Positions 28,269 through 38,579 of a DNA stretch of 64,000 nucleotides are shown piece after piece. Source of the DNA: Planctomycetota bacterium (GTDB taxonomy: Bacteria; Planctomycetota; GCA-002687715; CAIWVZ01); NCBI GenBank assembly GCA_044222185.1, contig JBGANV010000004.1, positions 224,001 to 288,000 of the forward strand, written 5' to 3'. Position 1 is the stretch's first letter. Each line of letters starts with the position of its first letter. A program made the position numbers and the translations under genes. A model generated the notes under the pieces. The model was given only the letters and a program-made list of their open reading frames with translations. It did no database searches and was not told the DNA's origin.

Positions 28269-29086
28269 GGGCAGTTGCTGTATCCGCTGATGCGGTAGGG
28301 GGCGCACTCCAGCGGGTTGCCGAGGTCACGATCGTGTTTCGCCGCCTTGAAGCAGCCGAAGGAGGTATTGCCGTCGATCGCCGACCCGACGAGGCCCCAA
28401 ATGCCTCCGACGACCCACAGCGGGATCATCCAGTCGTGGAGGTAGATGCACTGGCGCGAATGGAACAACTCGTGCTTGATCAGCTCCTTGAACTCGCCGG
28501 TCCAGATCTGGACGGTCGTTCCGATCGTCGTGGCCGAGGCGGTGCCGGGCGTGCTCCATTCGACGTAGGGAACGCCGGCGAGGAACCCGATCCGCCCGTT
28601 CTTGCCGAACGAGCGGAAGATCCCGACGACGAAGAGCAGCATGCCGACCGCCGTCGTCACGAGCGAGAACGGGACCTTGCACGCCCAGGGAAGTATGGAG
28701 AAGAAGCCTCCGCCGACGCTCATCTCCTTGCCGATCCCGACGGCACCGCGATCGAGGACGCTGGAGAGGAACGTGGCGGCGATCATCCACATCGACCCGG
28801 TGAGGAAGAGCGCCTCTCGCGTGCCGAGCGCCTGGACCTTGGCGCAGTACAGGATGCCCGGAACGCCCTGTGAGAACACCAGGAAGAAGTGCGCGGCGGC
28901 TCCCGCGTTCTTCGCCGTGCCCACGTAGAAGCAGCTCCCGATGATGACACCGCCGATGAAGTCGATGATGAGCTCGCTCCAGCTGAACGCAGCCGCGATC
29001 GCCATGTTCAAGAGGGCAGCGATGATCGTGACCAGGGGGAAGAAGACGAACGCGCACAGGAAGTAGTTGTCGATGGAATGGCCCAT
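28265..29086 (-). CDS. Membrane protein with zincin-like HExxH...NPxE domain
   Basis: Several TM helices, then ATTIG...KHELFHSRQ...GNPLECAPY. Confidence 0.75.
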   Translation of the reverse strand: MGHSIDNYFLCAFVFFPLVTIIAALLNMAIAAAFSWSELIIDFIGGVIIGSCFYVGTAKNAGAAAHFFLVFSQGVPGILYCAKVQALGTREALFLTGSMWMIAATFLSSVLDRGAVGIGKEMSVGGGFFSILPWACKVPFSLVTTAVGMLLFVVGIFRSFGKNGRIGFLAGVPYVEWSTPGTASATTIGTTVQIWTGEFKELIKHELFHSRQCIYLHDWMIPLWVVGGIWGLVGSAIDGNTSFGCFKAAKHDRDLGNPLECAPYRISGYSNCP

Positions 29087-29117
29087 GATCGTGTTCCTTC
29101 AGGGACGGGTCGTGCGC

Positions 29118-30272
29118 TCAGAGCGCACCGAATCGCCACGCGCCGAGGAGAATGAAGCAAGCGAGCCCCAACAAGAGCCAGATGATGCAGAGGATCCACC
29201 CGGCGACGTCTTCGAACACGAGGGGGTCACTCGTGTGACGGTCGCCCGCGAACGAGTAAGCGATCACTTCCCAGGGGTTGTTGTAGTAGCTCATGGCCGT
29301 GATGGCCTCGCCGACGCCGATGCCCTTGATGGGCGACATGATGAGCGCGACGGGAATCCAGACGATGAACCACGCGAAGTGCGTGAGCGGGTAGAACGGG
29401 CCGGTGATCAGGTGCTGGAGCACGTGCACGCTCTCGTGCTTGCGCAGATCCGCCGAGTCTGCGGACATCACCGCGCCCTCCGAGAACGCGAACGCGTGGC
29501 CCGACGCGTTCGTCTTCAGGCTCAGTCCCTTCTCGTAGCAGACGTAGAAGCGGCGGAGCGCGCCCGTGTCGACCTTGCCGTGCCCGGCATAGAAGTTCCA
29601 CGAGGCGACGTGCGTCATGAGCCCGAGCAGATTGCCGATGGCTCCCCAGCCGCCGTTCGCGTGGGCGAGGAGCCAGCCGACCCACGCGGTGCTCCCGCGG
29701 AGGATCGCCGAGATGATCGCAGTGAGGCCTCCTGAGATCGCCAGCGCGACGCTCGTCGCTTCGACGTACGTGAGGTACTGCGACCAGGCGCGCCCCTTGG
29801 CTGGGATCTGGAAGGCGTAGACCCCTGCGACGACGAGCCCCGCCGCGATCGCGATGAACTCGAAGAAGCCGAGCACCTTCCAGCCGGCGTCGCCCGTGCC
29901 GCGAACCGCCGCGATGATCGCCATGAGCACTGCGATCGCCGCGAACACGAAGAAACCGGCGCCGACGACCGGCGGCGGCACGATCACGGCGAGGAGGATG
30001 CCGGCCACGCCGCCCGAGTACGCGCCGATGGCTCCGTAGAGGAGTCCCTCGATCGTGTTCCCGGCGACAGCGCCGGCGTCCTCGCCCTTGACGAGGCGGT
30101 GGATCAAGACCCATGCGAGGCCGAGCCCCGCGACGATGCCGATGATGATCCAGGCCTGCCCCCGGGGTTCGAATGCCGCGGACAGGTTGACCCCGAGCTG
30201 GCGCAGCTTCGCCAGGTCGAACGTGCGGATCTCGGCCTCGGGCCGCGCACACAGCGCTTTCAGCAGATCCAT
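29118..30272 (-). CDS. Polytopic membrane protein with zincin-like HExxH...NPxE domain
   Basis: Gly-rich TM helices, then AFSEGAV...KHESVHVLQ...YYNNPWEVIAY. Confidence 0.8.
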   Translation of the reverse strand: MDLLKALCARPEAEIRTFDLAKLRQLGVNLSAAFEPRGQAWIIIGIVAGLGLAWVLIHRLVKGEDAGAVAGNTIEGLLYGAIGAYSGGVAGILLAVIVPPPVVGAGFFVFAAIAVLMAIIAAVRGTGDAGWKVLGFFEFIAIAAGLVVAGVYAFQIPAKGRAWSQYLTYVEATSVALAISGGLTAIISAILRGSTAWVGWLLAHANGGWGAIGNLLGLMTHVASWNFYAGHGKVDTGALRRFYVCYEKGLSLKTNASGHAFAFSEGAVMSADSADLRKHESVHVLQHLITGPFYPLTHFAWFIVWIPVALIMSPIKGIGVGEAITAMSYYNNPWEVIAYSFAGDRHTSDPLVFEDVAGWILCIIWLLLGLACFILLGAWRFGAL

Positions 30273-30454
30273 CGCTCGAATCTCATCCCTTCGGTGCCGG
30301 GCGACTCCGGTCTCTTCTCAGACTTCATTCCGGGAAGCGTCACGCTCCCTCGCGGAATGACAGGCCGTGACGTGGCGGCTGGTATTCGCGCTCAGGGAAC
30401 TACCGATCGGTGAGGTATGCTCCCGGCCGTCCAGTGGGACGAGGGGCGACATTC

Positions 30455-31186
30455 GTGACGAATCGATGGACGGGAAGACAGCTCGGGGTGCTCCGATTCC
30501 TGCTCGGGGCATTTGCGGCGATCGTCGGGATTCTGGCGGCGTTCGGCGTCGGAGTGGGCGAGAGCGGCGCCGTGCAGGGCCTCACGATCCTCGGAGCCGT
30601 GGGGCTGATCGTTTCGGTCGCGCCGATCCGCCTGATCGCACCCGCCCGCCCGTGGGCGTGGATCGCGACGCTCATCATCGCGTGGACGCTTGCCGCCACA
30701 GGATGCGGATTCCGTGCCGGGTTCGTCGCGATGTTCGTCGTCCTCCTTGCCTTCGATCCGGCGTGGGTGCCGCCTCGCGGCAGCGGCGTCGACGGAATCT
30801 TCTACGACGGCGCGTGTGGGCTGTGCCACCGCTTCGTCGCGCTCGTGATCGCCGAGGACCGGGATGCCGTGTTCTGGTTCGCACCGCTCGGGGGAACCAC
30901 CTTCGAGTCCATGGTGCCGGCCCATAGCCGGGTGACGCTGCCCGACAGCCTCGTGATCAGTACGGCCGACGGGCGTCTCCTGACGACCGCCGCGGCGGCC
31001 CGCCATGCTCTCGTGCGTCTCGGCGGCGTGTGGCGCGTGATCGGGGAAGTGCTCGGCGTCCTACCGCACGGCCTCTGCGAATGGGGCTATCGGCGCGTGG
31101 CGTCCGTGAGGCGGCGCCTGTTCGCCAGGCCCGAAAGCGCGTGCCCCGTTCTGCCCGCCCACCTGCGCGAGCGGTTTCGTCCATAG
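30455..31186 (+). CDS. Membrane-anchored DCC1-like thiol-disulfide oxidoreductase
   Basis: N-terminal TM bundle (NRWTGRQLGVLRFLLG...), then IFYDGACGLCHRFV, FAPLGG, LPDSLV, YRRVASVRRRLF. Confidence 0.8.
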   Translation: MTNRWTGRQLGVLRFLLGAFAAIVGILAAFGVGVGESGAVQGLTILGAVGLIVSVAPIRLIAPARPWAWIATLIIAWTLAATGCGFRAGFVAMFVVLLAFDPAWVPPRGSGVDGIFYDGACGLCHRFVALVIAEDRDAVFWFAPLGGTTFESMVPAHSRVTLPDSLVISTADGRLLTTAAAARHALVRLGGVWRVIGEVLGVLPHGLCEWGYRRVASVRRRLFARPESACPVLPAHLRERFRP

Positions 31187-31256
31187 GTCGGCGCTCCGAC
31201 CTCGCGGGCGGCGCGGTACGGCGTTGCCGCCGCCCGCTCCGCCGTGCGGGGACGCC

Positions 31257-32087
31257 TCAGCCTGCTCCCGCGCTCGCCGTCGCGTCGATGGTGAAAGGCT
31301 TCTGGGCTTCGAACGCCGCGTTGCGGGTTCCGGCCGTGAAGAACTTGGGTGTCTGGTCGCGAGGCATCCGGTTCGCGATCAGATCGCGGAAGTGCTCGTA
31401 GCCGCCCTTGTACCGACCCGCGTTCCACACGGCCTTCAGCTTCTCGGTGAACAAGCCGTTGCGGTCGCCGTCTCGTGACTCCTGGTTGTCCTGGCACCCG
31501 GAGATCAGGATCACCGATGCCTTCACCGTCACGGTCTCGGCCGGCGGGGTGTCCTTCTGGATCTGCGCGTAGAGCTTCTTGTTCGCCTTCTCGACGCGCT
31601 CGGCGATCGTGCGCGGCATCCCACGATGACGGGGCCCGCCTTCGAGGAACTCCGGGATCGCGCGCACGACGGATCCGCTGTGGCAGCTATCCGAGAGCGC
31701 GAACACGCGCACACCCGGCTTGAACTTTCCGAACAGGGTGTAGATCTCGTCGTCGATCAGCTCGCGGTCGTAGAGGCACCAGGTCTCATCGCGGCGATCG
31801 GGCTCATCGAAGTTCGTGTCGCGCACTTGCCCGCCGTGGCCGGAATAGGTGATGAAGAAGATGTCGCCCTTCTTCAGCGCCTTCGTCGCGCTCGTGATTG
31901 CGGCGATGACGTTCGCGGACGTGGCCGCCTTCGTCAGCAGCTGCGTCGTCGCGAAGCCGCCCTTCTTGGCCAACGCCTGCATGTCGTGCGCGTCGAACTC
32001 GCATGCGTTGAGGGTTCCATCCCACCCGTCGTAATGCATGGGGTCGACGGCGTTGAGTCCGATGTGGAGTGAGATCCCGGTTGCCAT
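31257..32087 (-). CDS. Metacaspase (peptidase C14 family), stand-alone
   Basis: IGLN, TYSGHGGQ (His), DETWCLYD, SDSCHSG (Cys), ISGCQDNQES.DG..NGLFT. Confidence 0.93.
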   Translation of the reverse strand: MATGISLHIGLNAVDPMHYDGWDGTLNACEFDAHDMQALAKKGGFATTQLLTKAATSANVIAAITSATKALKKGDIFFITYSGHGGQVRDTNFDEPDRRDETWCLYDRELIDDEIYTLFGKFKPGVRVFALSDSCHSGSVVRAIPEFLEGGPRHRGMPRTIAERVEKANKKLYAQIQKDTPPAETVTVKASVILISGCQDNQESRDGDRNGLFTEKLKAVWNAGRYKGGYEHFRDLIANRMPRDQTPKFFTAGTRNAAFEAQKPFTIDATASAGAG

Positions 32088-32225
32088 TCCCGTTTTCCTC
32101 CTGTTCGCTGCACGGTCGCGGTCCCATTGCGGATGTCGCACGATGCGGACCACGCGCATGAGTGTGCCACGGTTTGCCACGGCGGCTACTCCCGGCTCGT
32201 GCGGAACTGGATACCCTGTGAGGCC

Positions 32226-34016
32226 ATGTGGGCGTTCGTCTTGGGCTCGGCCTGGCTTCTCGGTCAGGCTGCCATCTCCATCGCTCCGGCGATTGCGCCG
32301 GGGTTTGCCTACCTCTTGCTGCGACCGGGTCGCCGCCCGGCGTCGAGTCTCGCGGCCGTCGCCCTCCTCGGCGGATACCTGACGGAGGTCGTCCTGGGCC
32401 TGGTCGTCGTGCGCTTCGGCGTCGCGCCCGGGGTCGCTTGGGGCGGCGTTTCACTGCTGACGGCTGCGGCGATCGCCGCGTGGCTGTCGCGGGGTCGGGG
32501 ATCGACTCGGGGAACCGTTGCCGTGCGCGACCTCGTGTGGCTCGCCGTTGCGGCCGCTGCGCTGCTCCTTCCCCGGTGCTTCTTCCAAGCGCTGGTGGGG
32601 CAGTGGCCCCGCGGTTGGGATCCCAGCTTCCACCTCGCCGTCGTCCGGGCGATGACGGGCAACCACCTCCTTCCGCCATCGCTCGAGCCGTTCGAGCCGG
32701 TGGGAGTGGTCTATCCCATCGGGTCTCACCTCGCCGTGATCGGTCAGTCACTCCTTGGCGCGGTCGAACCGCACGTGGCGTTCTCGGTCCACAATGCGTT
32801 CACGGCAGGCCTCATGTCGCTCGTCGCCGTCGCATCGTTCACGGAGCGGTGGACCAAGCGCGCGCGCATCGGGCTTCTCGCGATGGTGGTGTACGGCGGA
32901 GCGGTGCACTTCGGGTCCGCGGACTATCTGAACTGGGGCGGCCTCCCGAACCAGGTGGGCATGGCGGTGCTGCTGATCGGGATTTCGGCGCGGACATGGG
33001 CCCTGGATCGGGTGGGCCGGATCGGTGGCATCGTCGTTTGCGGCGTTTCGTTCCTCTTCAACCAGCACGTGATGATGTGCGCCATCGCGTTCATCGGAGC
33101 CCACGTCGTCTTCGATTGCATCGCAACGCGGACCGTCCGTCCGATCCTCGTGGGCATCGGCGAGATCCTCGTCTCGGCGACCGCGGCCGCCCCAGTGACC
33201 GTGCCCCTGGCGTTGAAGGTCGGGGACGTCTGGGCGCGTGTCTCCGACTGGAACGAGGTGTACGACTGGCTGACACTCTGGACGCTGGCGCCAGGAAGCA
33301 TCGCGTTGGTGTTGGGTGTCGTGGGGATCTGCATCGTCTCGCTTCGGGGGCCGGCGCGCAGAGACCTGCTGCCGATCGCGATGGTGTCGTCGCTCGTGCT
33401 CATGTTCGGCGTCACGTGCGGCGGGTGGAGGTTCGTCACCACGATCGTCAACGGCACGCCCTCGATGGCGGTGACGCCGTCCCGCTTCGTCACGAATCTC
33501 GCGTACCCGCTGTCGGCATTCGGCGGGCTCGCGCTCGCCGCCGCGCTCGATCGGATCCGGTCCGCGCCGGAGGCTCGACCGCGGCGCCTTCGCATGGCGG
33601 CGTGGGCCTTGGTGCTGCTGCCGATCGTCGTCGGCGAGCAGTGGCTGTGGTTGCGGGCGAAGATCGTTCTCACGCTGCCATCGGCGGAGCGTCTCGCCGC
33701 ACTCACGCAGGTTCGCGCGCTGCTTCCTCAAAACGCGGTCGCGGCGCCGGTGATTCTCGAGGCCGAATGGGGTCCCTACGTGCTCGCCACCGAGTGCACG
33801 ATGACGGCTCGACCGATCTCCGAACCGTCCACCGATTACTCCAAGGCGAAACGTCGCCTGCACGAGATGCTCCGCGAGCGTCGGCCGTGCGCGAAGGAGG
33901 CGGCAGAGATCTTCGGGGCGCGGCCCGTGATCGTGATCTCCGACGTGGCCCTGCCAGAATTCGTCACTCCGATCGCGACCGTGGGGCCGCTCTACGTGGG
34001 GAGACTCGATCCGTGA
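32226..34016 (+). CDS. Polytopic membrane protein, possible GT-C-fold glycosyltransferase
   Basis: More than 10 TM helices; loop motifs GWDPSFHL, YPIGSH, WGGLPNQ. Confidence 0.6.
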   Translation: MWAFVLGSAWLLGQAAISIAPAIAPGFAYLLLRPGRRPASSLAAVALLGGYLTEVVLGLVVVRFGVAPGVAWGGVSLLTAAAIAAWLSRGRGSTRGTVAVRDLVWLAVAAAALLLPRCFFQALVGQWPRGWDPSFHLAVVRAMTGNHLLPPSLEPFEPVGVVYPIGSHLAVIGQSLLGAVEPHVAFSVHNAFTAGLMSLVAVASFTERWTKRARIGLLAMVVYGGAVHFGSADYLNWGGLPNQVGMAVLLIGISARTWALDRVGRIGGIVVCGVSFLFNQHVMMCAIAFIGAHVVFDCIATRTVRPILVGIGEILVSATAAAPVTVPLALKVGDVWARVSDWNEVYDWLTLWTLAPGSIALVLGVVGICIVSLRGPARRDLLPIAMVSSLVLMFGVTCGGWRFVTTIVNGTPSMAVTPSRFVTNLAYPLSAFGGLALAAALDRIRSAPEARPRRLRMAAWALVLLPIVVGEQWLWLRAKIVLTLPSAERLAALTQVRALLPQNAVAAPVILEAEWGPYVLATECTMTARPISEPSTDYSKAKRRLHEMLRERRPCAKEAAEIFGARPVIVISDVALPEFVTPIATVGPLYVGRLDP

Positions 34017-34186
34017 ACGACGTTCCGAACGAACCCGCGAATCCGTCGTCGTCGGCGCCGATCGGCCAGCCCTCGGGTCCGGACGCGGGCGCGCGCCGCG
34101 CGTGGGAGTTCGCGCTGTGGCTCACGGTTCTTGGCGTGATGATCCTGGTCGTGTCCGAGCTCTACCTGGGATTCCGAATCCCGTGA
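34013..34186 (+). CDS. Small single-TM protein (57 aa)
   Basis: GTG overlapping the upstream stop; ends WEFALWLTVLGVMILVVSELYLGFRIP. Confidence 0.45.
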   Translation: MNDVPNEPANPSSSAPIGQPSGPDAGARRAWEFALWLTVLGVMILVVSELYLGFRIP

Positions 34187-34251
34187 TGACTTGCCGATCC
34201 GTGGCGGGAGTGGTTGAGGGCGACGTCCTCGCGAAGCACGGGAGTGTCGGA

Positions 34252-35541
34252 ATGAGAATCGAAAAGGCGATCGTCTGGCTTGGCGTAGCCATCGTGTCCT
34301 GTTCGGCGTGGGCGGGGGCGCAAGGCGATCGCCGCGCCGACTACGGCAAGGACGTCGAGTTCCTCCTGGATGAGCTCGGCAAGCAGGCTGCGCCGCTCCT
34401 CGCTTTGAAACACGTCGACTGGAAGGCCGTCGGGACCCGATTCCGAGCCGACGCGAAGAAGGTGACGACGGACGCCCAGCACCTCGATCTCTGCACGCGA
34501 CTCGTGGCCCGGCTTCGCGACGGTCACGCCGGCCTGCTGGACGTGAAGGTCGCTGGGGGCGGCGACGAGCGCATCACCGGCCCGCGCGTCCACCTCCTCT
34601 CGACCGGTGACCGCGTCTTCGTCCGCGCGGCGTTCGGCGCCGCCGAGAAGGCCGGTGTGAAGGTTGGGATGGAGGTCCGTGCGATCGACGGCGTACCGGC
34701 GCGCAAATGGCTCGCGACGACGGTGGAGCGCTTGCGCGACACGCACGGCTACTCGACGGATCAGCACGCGCTGTATTCCGCGTGCCACCTGGGGCTCGCG
34801 GACCGGGTCGGGACCCAGGTCCGGTTCGATCTCGTCGCGGCCGGCGGCGGCGACAAGAAGGTGACGATCCAACGCGACGGCGGCCCGAACTACGCGCCCG
34901 TGGGCCCCATCCGTCCGCCCGATGGCGTGAAGGGTCTCGGTCGCCAGTCCTACGGCCGAACGGCCGCGGGCTTCGGTTACATACACCTGCGCGACATCCC
35001 GACGGAGTTGCCCGATCAACTCGACGAGATGCTCACGGCGTTGGGAAAGACCCCTGGACTCATCCTCGACATGCGGGCGAACGGGGGCGGCGGCTGCGAC
35101 CACGACGCGGTGTTCGGGCGGTTCCTCGATCCGGAAGGAAGGTGGCGGCAGTACAAGGGCGCGGGGCGCGCGCACTTCACGGGACCCGTGGTCGTGATCA
35201 TCGATTCGGGCGTGGTGTCGGCAGGCGAGACCGTCGCCGGAATGCTCAAGGAGGATGGACGGGCGTTCCTCATCGGGGACGGACCGACGGCCGGGATGTC
35301 GTCCCAGAAACAGACCATCGCGGTCCCGAGCGGCCTCTTCCGCGTCCGTTTTTCCGTGGGGTCGAACAAGGCCCGGTTCAACGGGGGACGGGGGATCGAG
35401 GCCATCGGTGTCGCCCCCAACGAGGTCGTCCCCTACCTGCCCGCCGATCTGCAAGGCGGCGTCGACACGCAGATTCGGCGCGCCGAGGAGCTGCTCAAGG
35501 CAGGCTTTCCCAAGGGATCGGTCGCCTGGGACCCCCATTGA
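34252..35541 (+). CDS. S41 family peptidase (tail-specific/tricorn-like) with PDZ-like domain
   Basis: Signal peptide, LRDGHA, GYIHL, LILDMRANGGG, VSAGE, IEAIGVAPN. Confidence 0.88.
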   Translation: MRIEKAIVWLGVAIVSCSAWAGAQGDRRADYGKDVEFLLDELGKQAAPLLALKHVDWKAVGTRFRADAKKVTTDAQHLDLCTRLVARLRDGHAGLLDVKVAGGGDERITGPRVHLLSTGDRVFVRAAFGAAEKAGVKVGMEVRAIDGVPARKWLATTVERLRDTHGYSTDQHALYSACHLGLADRVGTQVRFDLVAAGGGDKKVTIQRDGGPNYAPVGPIRPPDGVKGLGRQSYGRTAAGFGYIHLRDIPTELPDQLDEMLTALGKTPGLILDMRANGGGGCDHDAVFGRFLDPEGRWRQYKGAGRAHFTGPVVVIIDSGVVSAGETVAGMLKEDGRAFLIGDGPTAGMSSQKQTIAVPSGLFRVRFSVGSNKARFNGGRGIEAIGVAPNEVVPYLPADLQGGVDTQIRRAEELLKAGFPKGSVAWDPH

Positions 35542-35736
35542 CCGGCGGCCGGATCCACAGGATCGTCGGCTTTCCTTCCCAGGACGCCCGTCGTCGACGG
35601 AACACGCCGCCGCGGCGGCGGTTCGAAACCCTGCCGTTCGGCCCACCCGGCTCACTCGGACCCTCGGTGCGGGCCGGCCGGAAAGATGAGATTCCCCCGG
35701 ACGTTCTGACCTGCGGTGGTCGATGCAAGGAGAGCC

Positions 35737-38565
35737 ATGACGCGAACCAGACTTTTCATCGTGGCGTTTGCGCTGCTCGCGTCGTCAGCCGCCGCGCAGG
35801 ACAGCCGCCCGAACCCGTCCTGGGAGATCATGCGCCGCCACGATGCCGACGGGGACGGCAAGGTGAGCGTCGGAGAATATCCGCGGGGTGAACAGGTCTT
35901 CCGGCGTCTGGATCGCGACCGGGATGGATACCTGACGCCGCGTGATTTCGGAGCGGCGCCGGCTCCCGCCCCGGCGGGCGCACCAGGAGCTCGGCCGCGC
36001 CGCGACCGCAAGGATGCCGCCGCACCCGCGCCCGCTCCCGCGCAACCCGAAGGCTCACCGCCCGTGGCGCCCACGGAGGAAGGGCTCAGGTTCTTCGAGA
36101 CCCGGATCCGCCCCGTGCTCGTGTCGAACTGCTACGGCTGTCACTCGGCCGACGCCAGGGACTTGAAGGGCGGCCTGCGGCTCGACTCCCAGGCGGGGAT
36201 GCTGCGGGGCGGCGAGACGGGGCCGGCGGTCGTGCCAGGCGACGCGGGCGCGAGCCTGATCATCCAGGCGCTGCATTACGACGCGTTCGAGATGCCACCG
36301 AAGGGGAAACTCTCCGACGCCGTGATCCGCGACTTCGAGGCGTGGGTGAAGATGGGAGCGCCCGACCCCCGTGCTGGCGAACCGACGGCTGGGGCGGGCG
36401 ACGCGAAGTCGGACCTGGCGGCGTGGAAGCGCTCCATCGACATGAACGAGGCGAGGAAGTTCTGGTCGTTCCAGCCCATGTCCCATCCGTCGGCGCCGCA
36501 CCCGCGCGGCGAGGAATGGGCGTTCGGCGACCTCGACAGGTTCACCCTCGCAGGCATGGAATCGCACGGGCTCTCGCCGTCGAGGGACGCGGATCGGGTG
36601 ACGTGGCTGCGCCGCGTGTCGTTCGACCTGACGGGCCTTCCTCCGACGCCGGAGGACGTGGTGGCCTTCGAACGCGACACCGCGCCTGACGCGTTCGACA
36701 AGGTCGTCGATCGTCTCCTCGCGTCGCCTCAGTTCGGCGAGCGGTGGGGCCGTCATTGGCTCGACGTCGCGCGTTACGCCGAGTCCAGCGGCAAGGAGTC
36801 CAACGTCCTCTATCCGCAAGCCTGGCGCTATCGCGACTGGGTCATCAAGGCGTTCAACGAGGACAAACCCTACGACCTGTTCCTGAAGGAGCAGCTCGCA
36901 GGGGATCTCATGCCGTCGACGAGCTCGACGGAGAAGGCCGAGCGACAGATCGCAACGGGATTCCTGGCGATCGGGTCCAAGGGACACCGCACGCGCAATC
37001 TCCAGCAGTTCACCATGGACCTCGTGGACGAGCAGATCGACGCGACGACGCAGTGCATGCTCGGCCTGACGGTTGCATGCGCGCGGTGCCACGACCACAA
37101 GTTCGATCCCATTCCGACCGAGGACTACTACGCCCTGGCCGGAGTGTTCTTGAGCACGCAGACCAACTACGGCACGAAGCGCGCCCAGGGCAATCTTCAC
37201 CCATCCGACCTCGTCGACATTCCGAACGACGCGCTCGTCCCGGCTGGGCCGACCATGCCCGCGGCACAGCGCGCGGCGCTCGAGCGCCAGCGCGATCGTG
37301 TGAAGGCGCTCGCCAGCGGCGAGATGCCCGATCGTCGCGTGGCGCGCGAGGCCGCGAAGGACGGCGCCAAACCCGGGGACGCCAAGCCCGACGCGCAGAC
37401 GACCCAGCTCGAGCGCCTGCGGCTGCGCATCGCCACCGAGCAACTGGGAGTCGTCGAGTCGATCCTCGACCGCTTCGATGATTCGGGGAAGCCGTTGGAG
37501 GCCAACCGCAAGGCCATGGGAGTCGTGGACGCACGCCGGCCGAAGAACGCCAAGGTGCTCGTGCGCGGCGAGGTCGATCGACCGGGCGATACCGTTCCGC
37601 GAGGCTTCGTGCAGGTGATCTCCGGTGACGACACGCCGAAGGTGACGCAGGGCAGCGGAAGGCTCGAGCTCGCGGGCTGGATCGCGTCGGCGAACAACCC
37701 GCTGACTGCGCGCGTGATGGTCAACCGGATCTGGCTCCACCTGTTCGGCAAGGGCATCGTCCAGACGCCGGACAACTTCGGGAAGAACGGCCATCCGCCC
37801 ACGCATCCCGAACTCCTCGACTGGCTCGGATCGACGTTCGTCGACGATGGCTGGTCGGTGAAGAAGACGATCCGGCGAATGGTGTTGAGCCACACCTATC
37901 GCATGTCGTCCGAGTTCGATGCGAAGAAGTCCGCCATCGATCCCGAGGACGAATGGCTGTGGCGCATGCCCAAGCGCAGGCTGGAAGGCGAGTGCATCCG
38001 CGACGCGATGCTGATGGCGTCGGGTACGCTCTCGCTCGAACCGCCCGTCGGTTCTCCCGTCGGGACGTTGGAAGGCGACGCGCGATCCCTCCAGGTGCTG
38101 GCGCTGGCTTCGAACGACCGGCCGGTGCGCTCGGTCTACCTGCCCATCATCCGCGACGACATCCCCGAACCGTTGGAGGTGTTCGACTTCGCCGAACCGG
38201 CGTTCGTCACCGGCGCCCGCGAGATGACGAACGTGGCGACGCAGGCTCTCTACATGATGAACAACGCGGAGGTCATGCGCCTCGCCGATGCATTCGCCGG
38301 CCGCCTCCTCGCGGCGATCTCCAGCGATGACGGGCGGATCGACCGGGCATTCCGCACGGTGTTCGGCCGCGCGCCCACGGGCAGCGAGCTGGACTCGGCC
38401 CGCACGTTCCTTTCGCGCTTTCCCGCGCCGAAGGTGAAGGACGAGCCGCGCCGCGGCCGGCGCGCGCCGTCCCCCCAGCGTCCGACGGCCGACCCGCATC
38501 GGCCCGCGTGGGCTGCGTTCTGCCAGGCTTTGTTCGCGTCCGCCGAGTTCCGCTACGTCGATTGA
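35737..38565 (+). CDS. Planctomycete cytochrome c + DUF1549/DUF1553 (PSD1) protein with N-terminal EF-hand-like repeats
   Basis: DADGDGKVS and DRDRDGYL; CYGCH and CARCHDHKFDP heme motifs; DLTGLPPT, GERWGRHWLDVARYAES, NPLTARVMVNRIW, PTHPELLDWL. Confidence 0.93.
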   Translation: MTRTRLFIVAFALLASSAAAQDSRPNPSWEIMRRHDADGDGKVSVGEYPRGEQVFRRLDRDRDGYLTPRDFGAAPAPAPAGAPGARPRRDRKDAAAPAPAPAQPEGSPPVAPTEEGLRFFETRIRPVLVSNCYGCHSADARDLKGGLRLDSQAGMLRGGETGPAVVPGDAGASLIIQALHYDAFEMPPKGKLSDAVIRDFEAWVKMGAPDPRAGEPTAGAGDAKSDLAAWKRSIDMNEARKFWSFQPMSHPSAPHPRGEEWAFGDLDRFTLAGMESHGLSPSRDADRVTWLRRVSFDLTGLPPTPEDVVAFERDTAPDAFDKVVDRLLASPQFGERWGRHWLDVARYAESSGKESNVLYPQAWRYRDWVIKAFNEDKPYDLFLKEQLAGDLMPSTSSTEKAERQIATGFLAIGSKGHRTRNLQQFTMDLVDEQIDATTQCMLGLTVACARCHDHKFDPIPTEDYYALAGVFLSTQTNYGTKRAQGNLHPSDLVDIPNDALVPAGPTMPAAQRAALERQRDRVKALASGEMPDRRVAREAAKDGAKPGDAKPDAQTTQLERLRLRIATEQLGVVESILDRFDDSGKPLEANRKAMGVVDARRPKNAKVLVRGEVDRPGDTVPRGFVQVISGDDTPKVTQGSGRLELAGWIASANNPLTARVMVNRIWLHLFGKGIVQTPDNFGKNGHPPTHPELLDWLGSTFVDDGWSVKKTIRRMVLSHTYRMSSEFDAKKSAIDPEDEWLWRMPKRRLEGECIRDAMLMASGTLSLEPPVGSPVGTLEGDARSLQVLALASNDRPVRSVYLPIIRDDIPEPLEVFDFAEPAFVTGAREMTNVATQALYMMNNAEVMRLADAFAGRLLAAISSDDGRIDRAFRTVFGRAPTGSELDSARTFLSRFPAPKVKDEPRRGRRAPSPQRPTADPHRPAWAAFCQALFASAEFRYVD

Positions 38566-38579
38566 GGCAGGAGCGATCC

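Noticed and set aside
32155-32170. Sigma54 promoter upstream of the metacaspase (TGGCAC...TGC on the minus strand)
   Set aside because: GG-to-GC spacing is one base short of the strict -24/-12 consensus.
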